Shown piece by piece: positions 19,608 to 28,680 of a stretch of 64,000 nt of DNA. The notes under the pieces were generated by a model. The model saw only the letters and a program-made list of their open reading frames with translations. It was not told where the DNA came from and did no database searches. Both the position numbers and the translations under genes were made by a program. The stretch comes from an uncultured Bacilli bacterium. GTDB lineage: Bacteria > Bacillota_I > Bacilli_A > RF39 > UBA660. The stretch spans positions 57,495 through 121,494 of the forward strand of contig CAKOKU010000002.1 in NCBI GenBank assembly GCA_934095865.1, read 5' to 3'. The first letter of the stretch is position 1. Each line of letters starts with the position of its first letter.

Positions 19608-20120
19608 CTATTTTTTTTTGCTTATTCTCTTTACTCTTGAAGATATAAATCTATTTTGCTTAACAAACGAAAAAGCAAAAAGTATTGTCAGTAATGTAAA
19701 CATTACCAAAATTAAAATATCTTTATTAATCAAACTTGAAATTTCAAACATCACCATTATTTTTAACGCCAATTCAATTAGCATTAAAGTACATAAGCTT
19801 CTATACATATTACAATCTTGATTTAAAATTTCTAGTTTGTCATCTTTCTTATTTGCTTCTATATATTTATCATAAGGTTCTTTTTTCAATTTCCATATTT
19901 TAACTATTATCTTCTCAATTACTAATGAGGATATTCTACTAATTATAATACCTATAAAATATGCTTCAAAAAATGAATAAATTAGACTATCTATAATTAG
20001 ATTTTTTTCCATTATTTGACCACTAATAATTAAAAATAAATAACCTGGTACTAAATAGTTAAATATGTGATAGCTACTGATTTTCTCTATTATTTTATCC
20101 ATTTTAATTAATCCTTTCAA
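19608..20120 (-). CDS. hypothetical membrane protein (4 TM)
   Basis: 170 aa hydrophobic. Overlaps the upstream gene by 17 nt (operon with 20104-20535 and the MBL gene). Confidence 0.4.
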   Translation of the reverse strand: MKGLIKMDKIIEKISSYHIFNYLVPGYLFLIISGQIMEKNLIIDSLIYSFFEAYFIGIIISRISSLVIEKIIVKIWKLKKEPYDKYIEANKKDDKLEILNQDCNMYRSLCTLMLIELALKIMVMFEISSLINKDILILVMFTLLTILFAFSFVKQNRFISSRVKRISKKK

Positions 20121-20535
20121 ACGAATAGTTAATCTTATCTTTTACCGAAGTATAAGAACAGTTATATAAATCAAGCTCCGAATTAGTTATTTCAAAATCA
20201 AAACCATATTCTTTTCCATTTAATTTATCAGTTGTAGTATCAGTAAAAAACATATCTTTATTAGGAAACTTTATTTTTTTTACTAATCCTTGATAACAAG
20301 TAATCATCACTATATCATGTTCTTTTGGTTCTTCATTCATTAAAAAACTATAAACCTGGTTATTATGTCCATTTATGAATACTACATTACCATAATTTTC
20401 TGGTATTGACCTTAATTCAATATAATTGTCAAAGAAAAAAGGAATTGTATAAATCTTAAAAACATCATATAGATATTCTTGTCTAGATCTTATTTCTTCA
20501 AAAGTTATTTTTTTTCTTAAAAGGATATATCTCAT
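20104..20535 (-). CDS. hypothetical protein
   Basis: 143 aa, no recognisable motifs. Overlaps both neighbours. Confidence 0.35.
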   Translation of the reverse strand: MRYILLRKKITFEEIRSRQEYLYDVFKIYTIPFFFDNYIELRSIPENYGNVVFINGHNNQVYSFLMNEEPKEHDIVMITCYQGLVKKIKFPNKDMFFTDTTTDKLNGKEYGFDFEITNSELDLYNCSYTSVKDKINYSFERIN

Positions 20536-21397
20536 AACAATTTAAAGTTCCCCTTCTTTCTGCTTTAAATGAATTTTGATTTATACTAAAAGCACCATTT
20601 TTAGTATTCATAATTCGATGTCCCTTAACCTCTAAGTTGTCAGAGCCACCATTAATGTCAGCACCTTTATTATCAGAAACAATATACAACACATCGTTTC
20701 GTTTTTCATTTTTTTCAAATACTTTCTGAGCCATATCATTGTTTCCATGGTGAGGTAATTGAATAGCATCATAATTTCTAGTTTTATCATCAAAAGCAGC
20801 AAAGTCGGCATCTCCAGTTAACAATAACTTTTGTCCATTAAAATTTACTTCTAATTGAACGCTTATAGCATTCATTATCGTACTGCTATCTATATTATTA
20901 CTCTCATTTGGGGTAAATTGTTTAGCAACAGCATCAATAAAATATTCTGTTGCAGGTCCTACAATCTTTAAATTGTCAGATAAATTATTATCATCATCTA
21001 AAGCATCCTTTAAATTTTGTCCTGATAAAGAATAAATGTTACTATACATATCTTTAATATTCTGGGTTAAGGAGTCCCTAGTAACTCTATTATCCTCTAT
21101 TTTATCAAAGATTGCATCTTTATATTTTAATAACAATAATGTTGTAATAGAATTAACTACACCATTATCAACTAATTTTGGTATTCCATCAAAATGATCG
21201 CTATCATTATGTGATAAAACTAAATCAACTTTATCTATATTTTTTTCCTCTAAATAGTGTAGTACTTGATCTGCCAATTCTTCAGAACCACAATCGTACA
21301 CTGTAACACTACCATTATCATTAATAATAAAGCAGTCTCCATAATCAACATTATCTTTTTGCTCCTTAGGAGCAAGAACTTTTATTTCTAAATTCAT
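20498..21397 (-). CDS. ComEC-type metallo-beta-lactamase fold protein
   Basis: Start MNLEIKV with GGAGG RBS. LVLSHNDSDHFDG (H.D.DH variant of HxHxDH); TGDADF; LPHHGNND (the HHG motif of ComEC/Rec2-type MBL domains). Confidence 0.6.
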   Translation of the reverse strand: MNLEIKVLAPKEQKDNVDYGDCFIINDNGSVTVYDCGSEELADQVLHYLEEKNIDKVDLVLSHNDSDHFDGIPKLVDNGVVNSITTLLLLKYKDAIFDKIEDNRVTRDSLTQNIKDMYSNIYSLSGQNLKDALDDDNNLSDNLKIVGPATEYFIDAVAKQFTPNESNNIDSSTIMNAISVQLEVNFNGQKLLLTGDADFAAFDDKTRNYDAIQLPHHGNNDMAQKVFEKNEKRNDVLYIVSDNKGADINGGSDNLEVKGHRIMNTKNGAFSINQNSFKAERRGTLNCYEIYPFKKKNNF

Positions 21398-21466
21398 ATT
21401 ATTCCTCCTCTTTTTAAAAATAAAATCAGAGGTAGATACCAACTTCATTAAACTAATTCAAAATAA

Positions 21467-21510
21467 AACATATTTTACCTCCCTTCCTGTTGAAGAAAAG
21501 GGTAAAATAT
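21467..21510. promoter_or_regulatory. 13-bp-arm inverted repeat AACATATTTTACC...GGTAAAATATGTT upstream of the MBL operon
   Basis: Seen directly. Sits in the 5' region of the minus-strand operon. Candidate operator or structured RNA leader. Confidence 0.3.
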
Positions 21511-21871
21511 GTTAACTACCAATTTTTTATGTTTGACATTTTATCAAAAAATGTGTAATATTATAGTAGGAATTGATTTCATATTTTTCCAATCAGTTCT
21601 TCAAACATTTCGTTATTGTTTGTCTTAATTCGTTGGTAGTTAGTATCTACCGATAAGGAAATATGCTTATTGCCTGAGCATATTTTTTTCTTGTCTTCTT
21701 GTCTTAATTGACATATATCCTTATAGACAAAATATATCATAAAATCACATGATTGGCAATAGATATATAACAGTGCTAATTATTTTTATGAAAAAAGATA
21801 CTTTTTTATCAAAGTACCTTAATTTCTTGTATTTACTTATCTTTATAGCTATTATTTTATTTTTGGATTTT

Positions 21872-21988
21872 TCAGTATCCTCCATGGCCAACATCAATAA
21901 CTATTAGTTTTCCACTTAATGGTAAGGAAGCTCTCGCACACGTTATGGATAGGAAAAAACATAAGATTAACATTATTATCTTTCTCAT
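21872..21988 (-). pseudogene. cwlD: 5' portion of split cwlD: signal peptide/TM and start of amidase domain
   Basis: Minus-strand translation MRKIIMLILCFFLSITCARASLPLSGKLIVIDVGHGGY* matches the B. subtilis CwlD N-terminus (...SLPLSGKIIYLDPGHGG...). It ends exactly where the 3' fragment at 11756 begins (..ILGHGGDDPG). Too short to appear in the ORF track. Confidence 0.8.
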
Positions 21989-22064
21989 ACTAAAACTTAT
22001 GTATAACGTGTAAAAATAATGTTGATTTTATTATATTTGATAATATTTACAAAAAGAAACCAGG

Positions 22065-23693
22065 GTGTTAAAATTATTAGCAAGTGAGGTTAAAATGAAT
22101 TGGAATAAATTTTTCAAAGTGTTTTCAAGTTTAGTTTTAGCTTTTAGTGTACTTTTTTTAGGATACATATTTTTTTCTAATGACACAGATATTTATCATA
22201 AAAGAAATCTAAATCGATTAGAAGAATATAAAAATATGAAGTACGATGAAAGTAATGATGAAAAGACACCCATTAAGGTTAAAAGAACTTTCACAACTAC
22301 CATTGATGATACTTTTGTACAAGATGATTATTTAGCGTTTTATGTTCCACAAAGTTATGTTAATGTGTATATAGATTCCAATCTTATTTATCAAGTAAAT
22401 AATAATGAAGTAAAAAGTGTTGGTAATAATTATGTGTTGATACCTATTACTGAAAATGTCGTTGGAAAGGAACTAAAGGTAGAAATTTATCCCGTATATA
22501 AATTCTTTGCTGATCGGGATATAACCTTTTATAAGGGGCCTTTAGAAAATATATATAATAAAGAAATAGGTAATAATATTTTAGAATTACTGTTAGGTTC
22601 TGTTTGTGTTTTGCTGGGCTTTATATTATGCTGCTTATCAATTTATTTATTGCTAAGTAAAAATTATAAAGGAAAATTGAGTTATTTAGGTGTTTTTGTA
22701 TTAAGTATTGGTTTATGGAAAATATGTGATATGCGTTGTACACCTTTATTATTCCCAAATTATCCAACAATTATTTCGTATATATCTTTAACTATGCTTT
22801 ATGTTGCACCACTTTGTTTTTTAGCTTCTATTTATACTGAATTAGATAGTAGGGGCTTTAACTTAATTAAATTAGCTTTAGGAATTGCAATATCATTACC
22901 AATGATTGTTATGATAATGGATTTGACTGATATATTAGACATGCGTAATTCCTTAGTTTTATGTCATATTGCTTTAGTCTTTTATGTTATTGTGCTAATA
23001 TATTATTGCATAAAAAATTATATCATAAACAAAAAAATAAGTTCTGCCAGTTGGTTGGCTTTAGCTTTAATATTAGGGGTTGCTAGCGATTTAATCACTT
23101 ATTATGTTAATGATTCTTCATCTAATACAATTTTCTTACTTGTAGCTATTATAATCAGTGTCATGATATCTACTATAAACGTTATAAAAGAGTTGGAATC
23201 TAAATCAGTAATAGATACTTTAACTGGTTTAAATAATAATAATGCTTGTAAAGAAAAGCTAGAGAATGAAGATATTTTAGCCAAAGATATTGGTCTTATA
23301 GTATTTGATATAAATGGGCTTAAAGAAGTTAATGATACCTATGGTCATGCGTGCGGTGATGAATTTATAAAAGATTTTGCTAATATTTTAAGAAAATGTA
23401 TGGTTAAAAATTCGTTTATAGGGCGTTTTGGTGGTGATGAGTTTATTGTCATCTTATATTCATGTTCAGAAAAAAAGATTAAAGATTTTTTACTTGATGT
23501 TAAAGAAAAAACAAAGCGAATTAATAAAGAATTACATAATACTAAGTTAAGTTATTCGTGTGGATATGCCTTATCTACAACTGAGAATAGTATAACAATG
23601 AAAGAATTATTTAATACGGCTGATGAGAGAATGTATAATGAGAAAAAGGCTTATCACAAAAAATATGATAGTATTAAGAAGACAAATAATTAG
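22065..23693 (+). CDS. 7TM sensor diguanylate cyclase (7TMR-DISM-like N-terminus + GGDEF)
   Basis: N-terminal signal and extracytoplasmic domain, about 7 TM helices, C-terminal GGDEF domain with RFGGDEFIVIL. Start may be the downstream MNWNKFF. Confidence 0.75.
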   Translation: MLKLLASEVKMNWNKFFKVFSSLVLAFSVLFLGYIFFSNDTDIYHKRNLNRLEEYKNMKYDESNDEKTPIKVKRTFTTTIDDTFVQDDYLAFYVPQSYVNVYIDSNLIYQVNNNEVKSVGNNYVLIPITENVVGKELKVEIYPVYKFFADRDITFYKGPLENIYNKEIGNNILELLLGSVCVLLGFILCCLSIYLLLSKNYKGKLSYLGVFVLSIGLWKICDMRCTPLLFPNYPTIISYISLTMLYVAPLCFLASIYTELDSRGFNLIKLALGIAISLPMIVMIMDLTDILDMRNSLVLCHIALVFYVIVLIYYCIKNYIINKKISSASWLALALILGVASDLITYYVNDSSSNTIFLLVAIIISVMISTINVIKELESKSVIDTLTGLNNNNACKEKLENEDILAKDIGLIVFDINGLKEVNDTYGHACGDEFIKDFANILRKCMVKNSFIGRFGGDEFIVILYSCSEKKIKDFLLDVKEKTKRINKELHNTKLSYSCGYALSTTENSITMKELFNTADERMYNEKKAYHKKYDSIKKTNN

Positions 23694-23714
23694 GCTTTAA
23701 GCCTATTTTTTTAT

Positions 23715-23744
23715 GCAAAAAACCTCACAGCCAAAGCCATGAGG
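23715..23744 (-). terminator. rho-independent terminator downstream of rpsI
   Basis: On the minus strand, CCUCAUGGCUUUGGCUGUGAGG hairpin followed by UUUUUU. Confidence 0.55.
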
Positions 23745-23762
23745 AATGAAACTATAAATATA

Positions 23763-24182
23763 TTATCTCTTACTGAATTGTGGAGCACGACGAGCTTTTT
23801 TAAGTCCGTATTTCTTACGTTCTTTAACACGAGGATCTCTCTTAACAAAACCAGCTTTTTTAAGAACTTTACGATAACTATCTTCTCTTGTTTGATCAGT
23901 ATTAGCATCGAATTCTAATAATGCTCTTGTAATAGCATGACGAATAGCGCCAGCTTGACCTGAGAAGCCACCACCTTTAACTGTAACTTCAATGTCGAAT
24001 TTATCTTCATTACCAGTTGCAGCTAATGGTTGTTTAATATCCATTACTAAAGTTTGATAAGGCATATATTCATCAACAGGTGTTCCATTAACAATAATAT
24101 TACCTTTACCTAGAGTTAATCTAGCTTGTGCAGTAGAACGTTTTCTACGGCCAGTTCCAGTCCATATTTTCTTATCTGTCAT
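23763..24182 (-). CDS. rpsI: 30S ribosomal protein S9
   Basis: 139 aa. GTGRRK near the N-terminus; C-terminal RRAPQFSKR. Confidence 0.9.
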   Translation of the reverse strand: MTDKKIWTGTGRRKRSTAQARLTLGKGNIIVNGTPVDEYMPYQTLVMDIKQPLAATGNEDKFDIEVTVKGGGFSGQAGAIRHAITRALLEFDANTDQTREDSYRKVLKKAGFVKRDPRVKERKKYGLKKARRAPQFSKR

Positions 24183-24194
24183 AAATTATACCTC

Positions 24195-24626
24195 CTATTT
24201 AACTTCTAACTTTTCTGGTTTTTGAGCAACTTGTTCATATTCTGAACCAGCATAAACAAATAACTTACGATACATTTGTCTTCCTAAAGGTCCTTTTGGT
24301 AACATACCTTTAACAGCTCTTTCTACCATTTCTTCTGGATACTTTGTTATCATTTCTTGGGCAGTTCTTTCTCTTAAGCCACCAGCATATCTACTATGAT
24401 TGTAGTACATCTTATCATTTAATTTATTGCCAGTTAATACAACTTTACTAGCATTAATAACGATAACATAGTCACCACAGTCAATGTGTGGAGTATAAGT
24501 TGGCTTATGTTTACCTTTAAGAACAGTAGCAACCTTAGTTGCAAGACGTCCTAAAGTTTGGCCTTCAGCGTCAATAACATACCATTTACGGTCAACAGTT
24601 TCTTTTTTTTGCATGAATGTATTCAT
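24195..24626 (-). CDS. rplM: 50S ribosomal protein L13
   Basis: [19 protein letters not shown]-terminal signature. Start taken at MNTFMQ. Confidence 0.9.
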   Translation of the reverse strand: MNTFMQKKETVDRKWYVIDAEGQTLGRLATKVATVLKGKHKPTYTPHIDCGDYVIVINASKVVLTGNKLNDKMYYNHSRYAGGLRERTAQEMITKYPEEMVERAVKGMLPKGPLGRQMYRKLFVYAGSEYEQVAQKPEKLEVK

Positions 24627-24837
24627 ATTATATCCTTTCAATTATACTAATCATTATTGGATTTCCCACGTCAAATAATTTTTGTATAAATAAAATGTAC
24701 CAGTTAAAAGTATATAGTAAGTAGGTAATAAAGTCAAATAAAACTTTGATTATTTTAGTAAATTTGACATTATTAGAAAATTTTATTATTATAAATCTTA
24801 ATTTAAAAACACCAACTAAAATAATTGGCGTTCTAAC

Positions 24838-25377
24838 TTATAAGTCATTAATATCTAATAACTGTTGAAAATCTCCTTTTTCAAAAAGATTATCATCTAA
24901 TCTAGTAATAATATTACCTTTTTTTACCTTACCGTCAGTTACATAAATAATAGTTGGAACTTTTGTAACTTGGACTTCATCTAGGCCTAATAAATTGTTT
25001 ATTGCAGCAATTTTATTATCATCATTTTGTAAAGAATCGATGTTGATATAGTAAAATTCTGACTTTAATTTATATTGTTTAATTAAGCTTTTTAAGCTTT
25101 TCTCTAAATTATAGATTTCTTTATTTCCTGTGTAAGATAAATAAATGAAATAATTTCCATCTTTATTTTTTAGTTCACTTAAATCTTCATTTATATTATA
25201 AGACTTGGTAACTAATTTCTTTTTAACTAGATAAGAAGTGTTTGCTTTATTTGCATCAAATTCTTTATACAAAGAATATCCTAAAAAAGAAATAGTAAAT
25301 ACCCCTAAAATAATAACGATTAGTATAGTATACTTTTGATACTGCTTAGGAAGTTTCTTTTTTGCCATAATATTCAA
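24838..25377 (-). CDS. hypothetical N-terminally membrane-anchored protein
   Basis: 179 aa. Basic N-terminus, one TM helix, hydrophilic extracytoplasmic domain. No motifs recognised. Confidence 0.4.
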   Translation of the reverse strand: MNIMAKKKLPKQYQKYTILIVIILGVFTISFLGYSLYKEFDANKANTSYLVKKKLVTKSYNINEDLSELKNKDGNYFIYLSYTGNKEIYNLEKSLKSLIKQYKLKSEFYYINIDSLQNDDNKIAAINNLLGLDEVQVTKVPTIIYVTDGKVKKGNIITRLDDNLFEKGDFQQLLDINDL

Positions 25378-25484
25378 CTACTTTCTATAATAGAAGTATA
25401 GCATACATTCAATAATTAGAAAATAGGTATTTTTCTGTGGTAGTTATAATCTATCTCAACTGTTAAATTTTTAATTATTTATCC

Positions 25485-26015
25485 ATGTATAAACTTATAA
25501 ATTATGGTTATCATATGAATATGAAATGGATTAGTTATTATATATATTATAGTATTTTAGGTTTTTTATTTGAAACTACTTGTAATGTTTTCATACGTAG
25601 TAATCATTCTAGTGGTATTCTCTTTGGACCTTTTACTCCAATATATTTCTTTGGATTTTTAATTATTGTTTTTTTAGATAAAATTTTAGAAAAGCAAGAA
25701 AACAAAAAATTTAGAGCGCTTATTTTTTTAATTCTTAGTTTTATAAGTCTTACTTTAGTAGAATTTATTGGCGGCCACTTGTCTTACTTAATTATTGGTC
25801 ATGCCAAATGGTCATATGAAAACTGGCCTCTTAGTATTGGTAAATATATAAATATTCTCGTTTCTTTAGGTTGGAGTGTTGGGGCCTTTATTTATGATAA
25901 ATACTTTTTAAAAAAAGTGAATAGAATTATTGATAGAATGCCAAAGAAATTAACATTGTTATTAGTAGGCTTATACTTACTAGATACTTTTTTATCTTTT
26001 AAAAATGGGTTTTAG
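25485..26015 (+). CDS. DUF1113-like small membrane protein (putative ABC-transporter type IV family)
   Basis: GFLFETT...GILFGPFTPIYFFGF resembles the conserved W/F-E-T...G-P-x-x-P-I-Y-G-F motif of that family. 4-5 TM helices. Confidence 0.45.
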   Translation: MYKLINYGYHMNMKWISYYIYYSILGFLFETTCNVFIRSNHSSGILFGPFTPIYFFGFLIIVFLDKILEKQENKKFRALIFLILSFISLTLVEFIGGHLSYLIIGHAKWSYENWPLSIGKYINILVSLGWSVGAFIYDKYFLKKVNRIIDRMPKKLTLLLVGLYLLDTFLSFKNGF

Positions 26016-26064
26016 CATAGGCACTAATGATATCTTAACATAGCTTATTTTTAGGAGGATATGT

Positions 26065-26499
26065 ATGTTTTTTGAAGATGTTGATTTTTTAGTTAATGGC
26101 AGTATACCAAATTATAATTCTTTTAATCATACTAATAATGGGCTTGTTGATTGTAAAATGGGGTATCTTAGAGGAAATATGTTTAAAAATGAATATATTC
26201 CATATAAAAATTATAACGTTAAAGAATTAATTCCCAAAACTGAAGAAGAAGCTTTAATGTTAAAGTTAAATGAAGCTGAGTTTGCTTTAAATGATATAAG
26301 TTTATATTTAGATTTACATCCAAATGATGATGATATGTACAATATTTTTCGTGAAGAAGTAAAAAAATATAAATCTTACTTAGAACAATATGAGAAGATG
26401 TATAAACCACTAAATTTAACTAGCACTTATAGTGATGCTTATGATTATTATAAAAATCCATGGCCTTGGGATAATGATGGAGGTGTAAAATATGTATAA
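26065..26499 (+). CDS. cotJB: CotJA/CotJB-like spore coat protein (apparent fusion)
   Basis: C-terminal half (...ISLYLDLHPNDDDMYNIF...KNPWPWDN) matches CotJB (LYLDTHPED...KYPWEW...PWPW). N-terminal ~55 aa with PY motifs could correspond to CotJA. Overlaps the cotJC start. Confidence 0.6.
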   Translation: MFFEDVDFLVNGSIPNYNSFNHTNNGLVDCKMGYLRGNMFKNEYIPYKNYNVKELIPKTEEEALMLKLNEAEFALNDISLYLDLHPNDDDMYNIFREEVKKYKSYLEQYEKMYKPLNLTSTYSDAYDYYKNPWPWDNDGGVKYV

Positions 26500-27052
26500 A
26501 TATGAAAAACACCTAGCTTATCCAGTTAATATTAAGAAAAAAGATTTAAAAATGGCTAAATATATTATTGCTGGTTTAGGTGGATATGCTGGTGAGTTAG
26601 CCGCCGCTTTAAGATATTTTAATCAAAGTTTCTCTATGCCAGATGCTAAAGGTAAAGCACTGCTTAATATGATTGCCACTGAAGAATTAGGCCATTGTGA
26701 AATGATTGCTACTATGTTTAGACAATTAATTAAAGATGCTACTTTACAAGAATTAGAAGCAGCGGGCTTAGCTGAGTATTATGTGGAACATGGAAAAGGT
26801 GTTTATCCTATAAATCCAGCTGGGGTACCATTTACTGTTAGTTATTTTGCCTCGACTGGTGATCCTGTTGTAGATTTATGTGAAGATATGGCAGCGGAAG
26901 AAAAAGCGAGGGCAGGTTATGAAAATATGTTAAACCTAGCTACTGATGAAGATTTAATCGGACCGTTATTATTTTTAAGGCAAAGGGAAATTATTCACTA
27001 TAATAGATTTAAAGAATTATATGAATATTATAAAAATAAAGATAACAAATAA
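26492..27052 (+). CDS. cotJC: spore coat protein CotJC (manganese-catalase/ferritin-like)
   Basis: MYKYEKHLAYPVNI...GELAAALRYFNQ...TEELGHCEMIATMF...AAEEKARAGYE match the B. subtilis CotJC signature almost motif-for-motif. Confidence 0.85.
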   Translation: MYKYEKHLAYPVNIKKKDLKMAKYIIAGLGGYAGELAAALRYFNQSFSMPDAKGKALLNMIATEELGHCEMIATMFRQLIKDATLQELEAAGLAEYYVEHGKGVYPINPAGVPFTVSYFASTGDPVVDLCEDMAAEEKARAGYENMLNLATDEDLIGPLLFLRQREIIHYNRFKELYEYYKNKDNK

Positions 27053-27153
27053 GTTAAAGATAGACAGATAAAACTGTTTATTTTTTTACTCTTCACACAA
27101 ACATATGTTAAAATAATAGCGATTTAGATTTTAAAACTTACTAGAAAGGTTAT

Positions 27154-28680
27154 ATGGATATTAAAATTAATGGGTATCCATTAGATACTGAGCAGTTAAA
27201 AATTGCAACTAGCACTTGTCAGGAACTTTTAGTAGTAGCAGGTGCAGGATCTGGTAAAACATTTACAATATTAGGTAGAATCTGGTATTTAATAAATATT
27301 AAAAAAATAGAAGCAAAAAATATTTTATGTATATCATATACCCGTGAAGCCGCTAATAGTTTGAAAGAGAAGTTAAAAAAAGAACTTAATATAGACATAG
27401 ATGTATTTACATTCCATAAATTGGCTCTTAATATCTTAAAAGAAAATGCAGCTAACTTTAGTATAGCTAATGCTGATACTTTAGAACTTTGTATAGAAGA
27501 ATATTTAAAAATAGACATCTTAAATTATCCTGAACAGCTTAAATATCTGCGTTTTATTTTAAAGATTAATTGGCACAGTAACGAGGAGTATCTTCAAAAA
27601 CTAGAAGAAAATGAGGATGAAGTAAATAAATTTATTAATATAATAGCTACATTTATAAAATTATATAAATGTAATGGGTATAATGTAACTTTTTTTAGCA
27701 ATCTCTTAAATAAATTACAAAAAAATTTCTGGAAAAAGATAGATAGTTTTTATATTTTGATCATATTTAATATTTATTTAAAATATAGTACCTATTTAAA
27801 AGATAATAATGAATATGATTTTGATGATTTAATTATTGAAGCTACTAAAATTATTAACAAAAATGATACAGTTAAGAATTACAAGCACTTTATAATTGAT
27901 GAATATCAGGATAGTTCTTTTATTCGATTCAATCTAATTAAAACAATCGTTGACAGGAATAATAGCTATTTTATGGCAGTTGGTGACGACTTTCAATCAA
28001 TATATAAATTTTCTGGAAGTGATATAAATTTATTTATTAATTTTAATAGTTTCTTTAGAGCTGGAAAAATTCTAAAAATCCAAACAACATACCGTAATAG
28101 TCAAGAATTAGTTAATGTAGCCGGTGATTTTATTATGCAAAATAAGAAGCAAATAAAAAAGGAAATGCGATCAAATATTCATATAGATAGGCCAATTAAA
28201 ATTGTTTATTATTCTAATGACAAAAAAGACTTTTTCACATTATTATCATATCTTTATAAAATCGAAAGTTATAAGTTGTTTATACTAAGTAGAAATAATA
28301 AAGATATAGAAAATTTTATTAATGATAAAGTTATTTATAGTGATGGGAACGTAAAAATTGAAGGTAAAAGCCGATTCATTATTAGACATATGACGATTCA
28401 CAAGTCGAAGGGCTTAGAATGTGATGATGTAATTTTAATTAATTTGATTGATGATAAATTAGGATTTCCTTCAATGATGGAACAAGATAAAATATTAAAT
28501 TATATTCGGAAAGATACTAAAAAAGATTTTATAGAAGAGGAAAGAAGATTGTTTTATGTTGCTTTAACCCGTGCGAAAAGAAATTGTTATTTATTTGTTC
28601 CAAGAGAAAAGCCCTCTATTTTTGTAAGAGAGCTATTGAAGAATTACAAAGAATACATTGAATTTATTAACATCCATTAG
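27154..28680 (+). CDS. UvrD/Rep-family (superfamily 1) DNA helicase, short form
   Basis: Walker A VVAGAGSGKTFTI; motif II FIIDEYQDSS; motif VI-like VALTRAKR. 508 aa, compact for the family. Confidence 0.65.
   Translation: MDIKINGYPLDTEQLKIATSTCQELLVVAGAGSGKTFTILGRIWYLINIKKIEAKNILCISYTREAANSLKEKLKKELNIDIDVFTFHKLALNILKENAANFSIANADTLELCIEEYLKIDILNYPEQLKYLRFILKINWHSNEEYLQKLEENEDEVNKFINIIATFIKLYKCNGYNVTFFSNLLNKLQKNFWKKIDSFYILIIFNIYLKYSTYLKDNNEYDFDDLIIEATKIINKNDTVKNYKHFIIDEYQDSSFIRFNLIKTIVDRNNSYFMAVGDDFQSIYKFSGSDINLFINFNSFFRAGKILKIQTTYRNSQELVNVAGDFIMQNKKQIKKEMRSNIHIDRPIKIVYYSNDKKDFFTLLSYLYKIESYKLFILSRNNKDIENFINDKVIYSDGNVKIEGKSRFIIRHMTIHKSKGLECDDVILINLIDDKLGFPSMMEQDKILNYIRKDTKKDFIEEERRLFYVALTRAKRNCYLFVPREKPSIFVRELLKNYKEYIEFINIH

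Larger units (their letters stand above)
11727..21885. mobile_element. ~10.1-kb intervening/integrative mobilizable element inserted within cwlD (serine recombinase, wHTH/XRE regulators, Zn-ribbon nuclease, MobV relaxase, MBL module)
   Basis: Interrupts cwlD between the codons for GHGG. Imperfect 17-bp flanking repeats CCACCATGTCCAAGAAT (11719-11735) and CCTCCATGGCCAACATC (21879-21895) share a CCATG core. Large serine recombinase gene lies at the left end. Confidence 0.75.

Noticed and set aside
23711-23908. 65-aa ORF overlapping the 3' end of rpsI
   Set aside because: Same-strand, different-frame overlap with a highly conserved ribosomal protein gene, and it extends through the rpsI terminator. 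Spurious.
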